Positions 62,101 through 64,000 of a DNA stretch of 64,000 nt are shown here, piece after piece. This stretch comes from Marsupella aquatica (Eukaryota > Plantae > Marchantiophyta). Made by a program: the position numbers and the translations under genes. Positions within the stretch are counted from its first letter, which is position 1, and each line of letters begins with the position of its first letter. The stretch spans positions 10,652,184-10,716,183 of the forward strand of contig OZ316895.1 of the NCBI GenBank assembly GCA_973895155.1. Reading direction: 5' to 3'. The notes beneath the pieces are model-generated. The model searched no databases and was not told the origin of the DNA. It worked only from the letters and a program-made list of their open reading frames with translations.

Positions 62101-64000
62101 ACAAAAATATTGATTTTCTACTTTTGACAGATATTATTCTCCACACTCATATGAAGGACAGTAAGAATGACTGGAAGATTCAACCGATGAATCCAATTTT
62201 CTTAAAGATTCCGAAGGGCGCCGGGCTAAAAGCTGACAAATATGTCACACTAGAATATTTTTTCGAATATAATTGTGCTGAGGACGATCGTGGTATTTTC
62301 ACTACTGCCAACGCCTATCTTAGTCTATCTCCTCTGTACAACATGCGGAATTCGGATTGAACAAAGCGTCGGGGCCCATCACTAACACCTATACTAATCG
62401 TGGAAGCTTTGGCAACGAGAACTATATTAAAAATGGAGCGGTCTCTGAAAAACGAACACCAAAACATTGTTCAGAGATTATTTATTACGTTTGAATCTTC
62501 TCTTGAAGCTTTGGCCTCAGGTTCTGTTCATTTTCTGGACTCTCTGCCTCACTTACAACTGCCGATTTAATTGATGACTAATTTTCTTCCTCGTGTCCAG
62601 GTTCGCAATTGAAGTTTATCTGCAGGTATCTCCATCTTTTCCTACTCGTCTGAGTCATGTCACAAGAAGAAAACTTGAGTTCTTTCGCGACAGCTTAGTC
62701 ATCCTAAAGCTTTGTCGACTGACATTACCCTAATAGTTAAAGCGTTAATCAGAGTGATTAGAAGTTTCTGGGATATGCGATCTGGAGAAAACGATTGATC
62801 TTTCCACGTACCTATTTTCGGTTGAAATCTGCGGCCATCAATTTAATTATCGTTGTTCATGTCCAGCTAAATGAGTTAGTGCTGAATTTCAGGGGGATAG
62901 AAGTCGATGCATCAGAAGGATGCCGACACACCAAGTTGCCTGATGGAAACGACGTTTTTGAGGTCAACGGTTCAGAGTGATTCCCAGCTACAGCGCTCGA
63001 CACTGCTACGGTATGGCTAACAGATTCAAATCAACCCAACATGGGATCTATTTGAGACTATGTATTGTCTGAATTGGTGCAAAATAATGTTTTGTTAATC
63101 ACGATTGTCGGAAGTCTTCAAACTTTCTGAAGATCATATAGTAAAGAATTAATTGAGTGGTGAGTTTTGCTCGATTAAAGTGCCCATCACCAGCTGTTGG
63201 AACCTTATATGCTTGGACCCTGTACTTCAAGTTCCATGCTAGAGACGCTAATTAATTAGCTCACTGTCAGGCAAGGGAAGTACGCCATTTCATCTAACCC
63301 ATCGTATGCGAAATGGTAGCGATTGGATGTTGCCGCATGGAAGAAAAAGAGGGAAGAGATTTCCAACAAGTTACCGGGAACTATCGAAGTATTGAATGAC
63401 GAGGAATCCTCGCAGTTTGAATTACGTGAGGTAAGCAAAACCACTTTTTGTCTAAGACTAGTCCTTGGTGGCATGACCAAAATGACCAAAATCCTTTCTT
63501 AATTAACCCACCTAGGTCATGACCAGGAAATCTCACTTTTCTATCATTAAATTAAACATTACAAATGAATGTGTGCTATAAGTTAGAGTGTGCCTGGATG
63601 TGTGCAGGCGTTTCCGGTTGGTGGCAGTAAACATGAGGCAGGATTTTCCTTGCCGACGAATTTTATTGTTGTTGTTCGCCCCAGAAAAGGATCTGGAGCT
63701 ACGTTTAAGCAAGGCTGTATTGTCCCAAATCCTATGGGAATAAAACTAACGCTTTCACATTGTAGTTGTTCCAATCTAAAGGTCCCCCACACAAATGACG
63801 ATCATACCCGAGAGGTGTGCACCTTGATCAGTAAAAGCACTTCGAAAAATGGTATCAAAGGTCTATATGTGCTCAACACGGAGTCTTCTGAGATCAACCG
63901 TCTCGTCAAGCAAGGGACTTACACGTTTTGCTTCACACTGGTACGTAAAGTACACAATTTGCAAAAGTCTGGAAGGCTACTAAGCCCGCTACTAAGTCAT
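56171..64000 (+). pseudogene. GMI1: GMI1/SMCHD1-like protein, copy 2 (5' part only; continues beyond the window); in-frame TGA in exon 20, so a pseudogene, null allele or truncated ATPase-only gene
   Basis: Exons collinear with copy 1: 56171-56656, 57032-57118, 57230-57285, 57417-57506, 57643-57715, 58112-58167, 58364-58490, 58777-58845, 59205-59291, 59580-59627, 59846-59960, 60284-60369, 60463-60594, 60775-60859, 61073-61107, 61321-61393, 61726-61926, 62131-62292, 62601-62625, 62893-63010, 63320-63430, 63608-63940. Motifs: FLLPNE, MWDVTP..YTLETALADHVDNAIQA, IFDTGPGM, GKYGVGG, VRWLGRLLPDLKW. TGA at 62978-62980 aligns with TGG (W of SLWFPA) in copy 1. The homology is secure; pseudogene status is less so. 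Confidence 0.8.

Noticed and set aside
62978-62983. Programmed readthrough or selenocysteine at the copy-2 TGA
   Set aside because: The context TGA-TTC is not a typical readthrough signal, land plants lack Sec insertion, and the paralog has Trp. A simple G->A transition explains it.

Overview
Eukaryotic land-plant genomic DNA, with intron-rich GT-AG genes, Ty1/copia elements and a CCCTAAA telomere-type motif. A non-seed plant such as a bryophyte is my guess, but the sequence alone does not prove it. Main contents: (1) a decayed, RT-less Ty1/copia LTR retrotransposon with both LTRs, PBS, PPT and TSD (9871-14971); (2) an 11-exon LRR-RLK subfamily II gene of the NIK/CIK/SERK group (19219-24659) flanked by Mutator-like MITEs; (3) a 37-exon, ~2,320-aa GMI1/SMCHD1-like gene (UBL-like, GHKL ATPase, long beta-rich linker, coiled coil, DMS3-type SMC hinge; 30900-47575) preceded by a ~1.1 kb tandem repeat array; (4) a nest of copia relics and solo LTRs (49.4-52.1 kb); (5) a second, diverged tandem GMI1/SMCHD1-like paralog (56171 to beyond the window end) with the same exon structure but one in-frame TGA and two GC splice donors. 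The tandem GHKL-SMC-hinge pair is the most interesting feature. All exon models were read by hand and need transcript confirmation.
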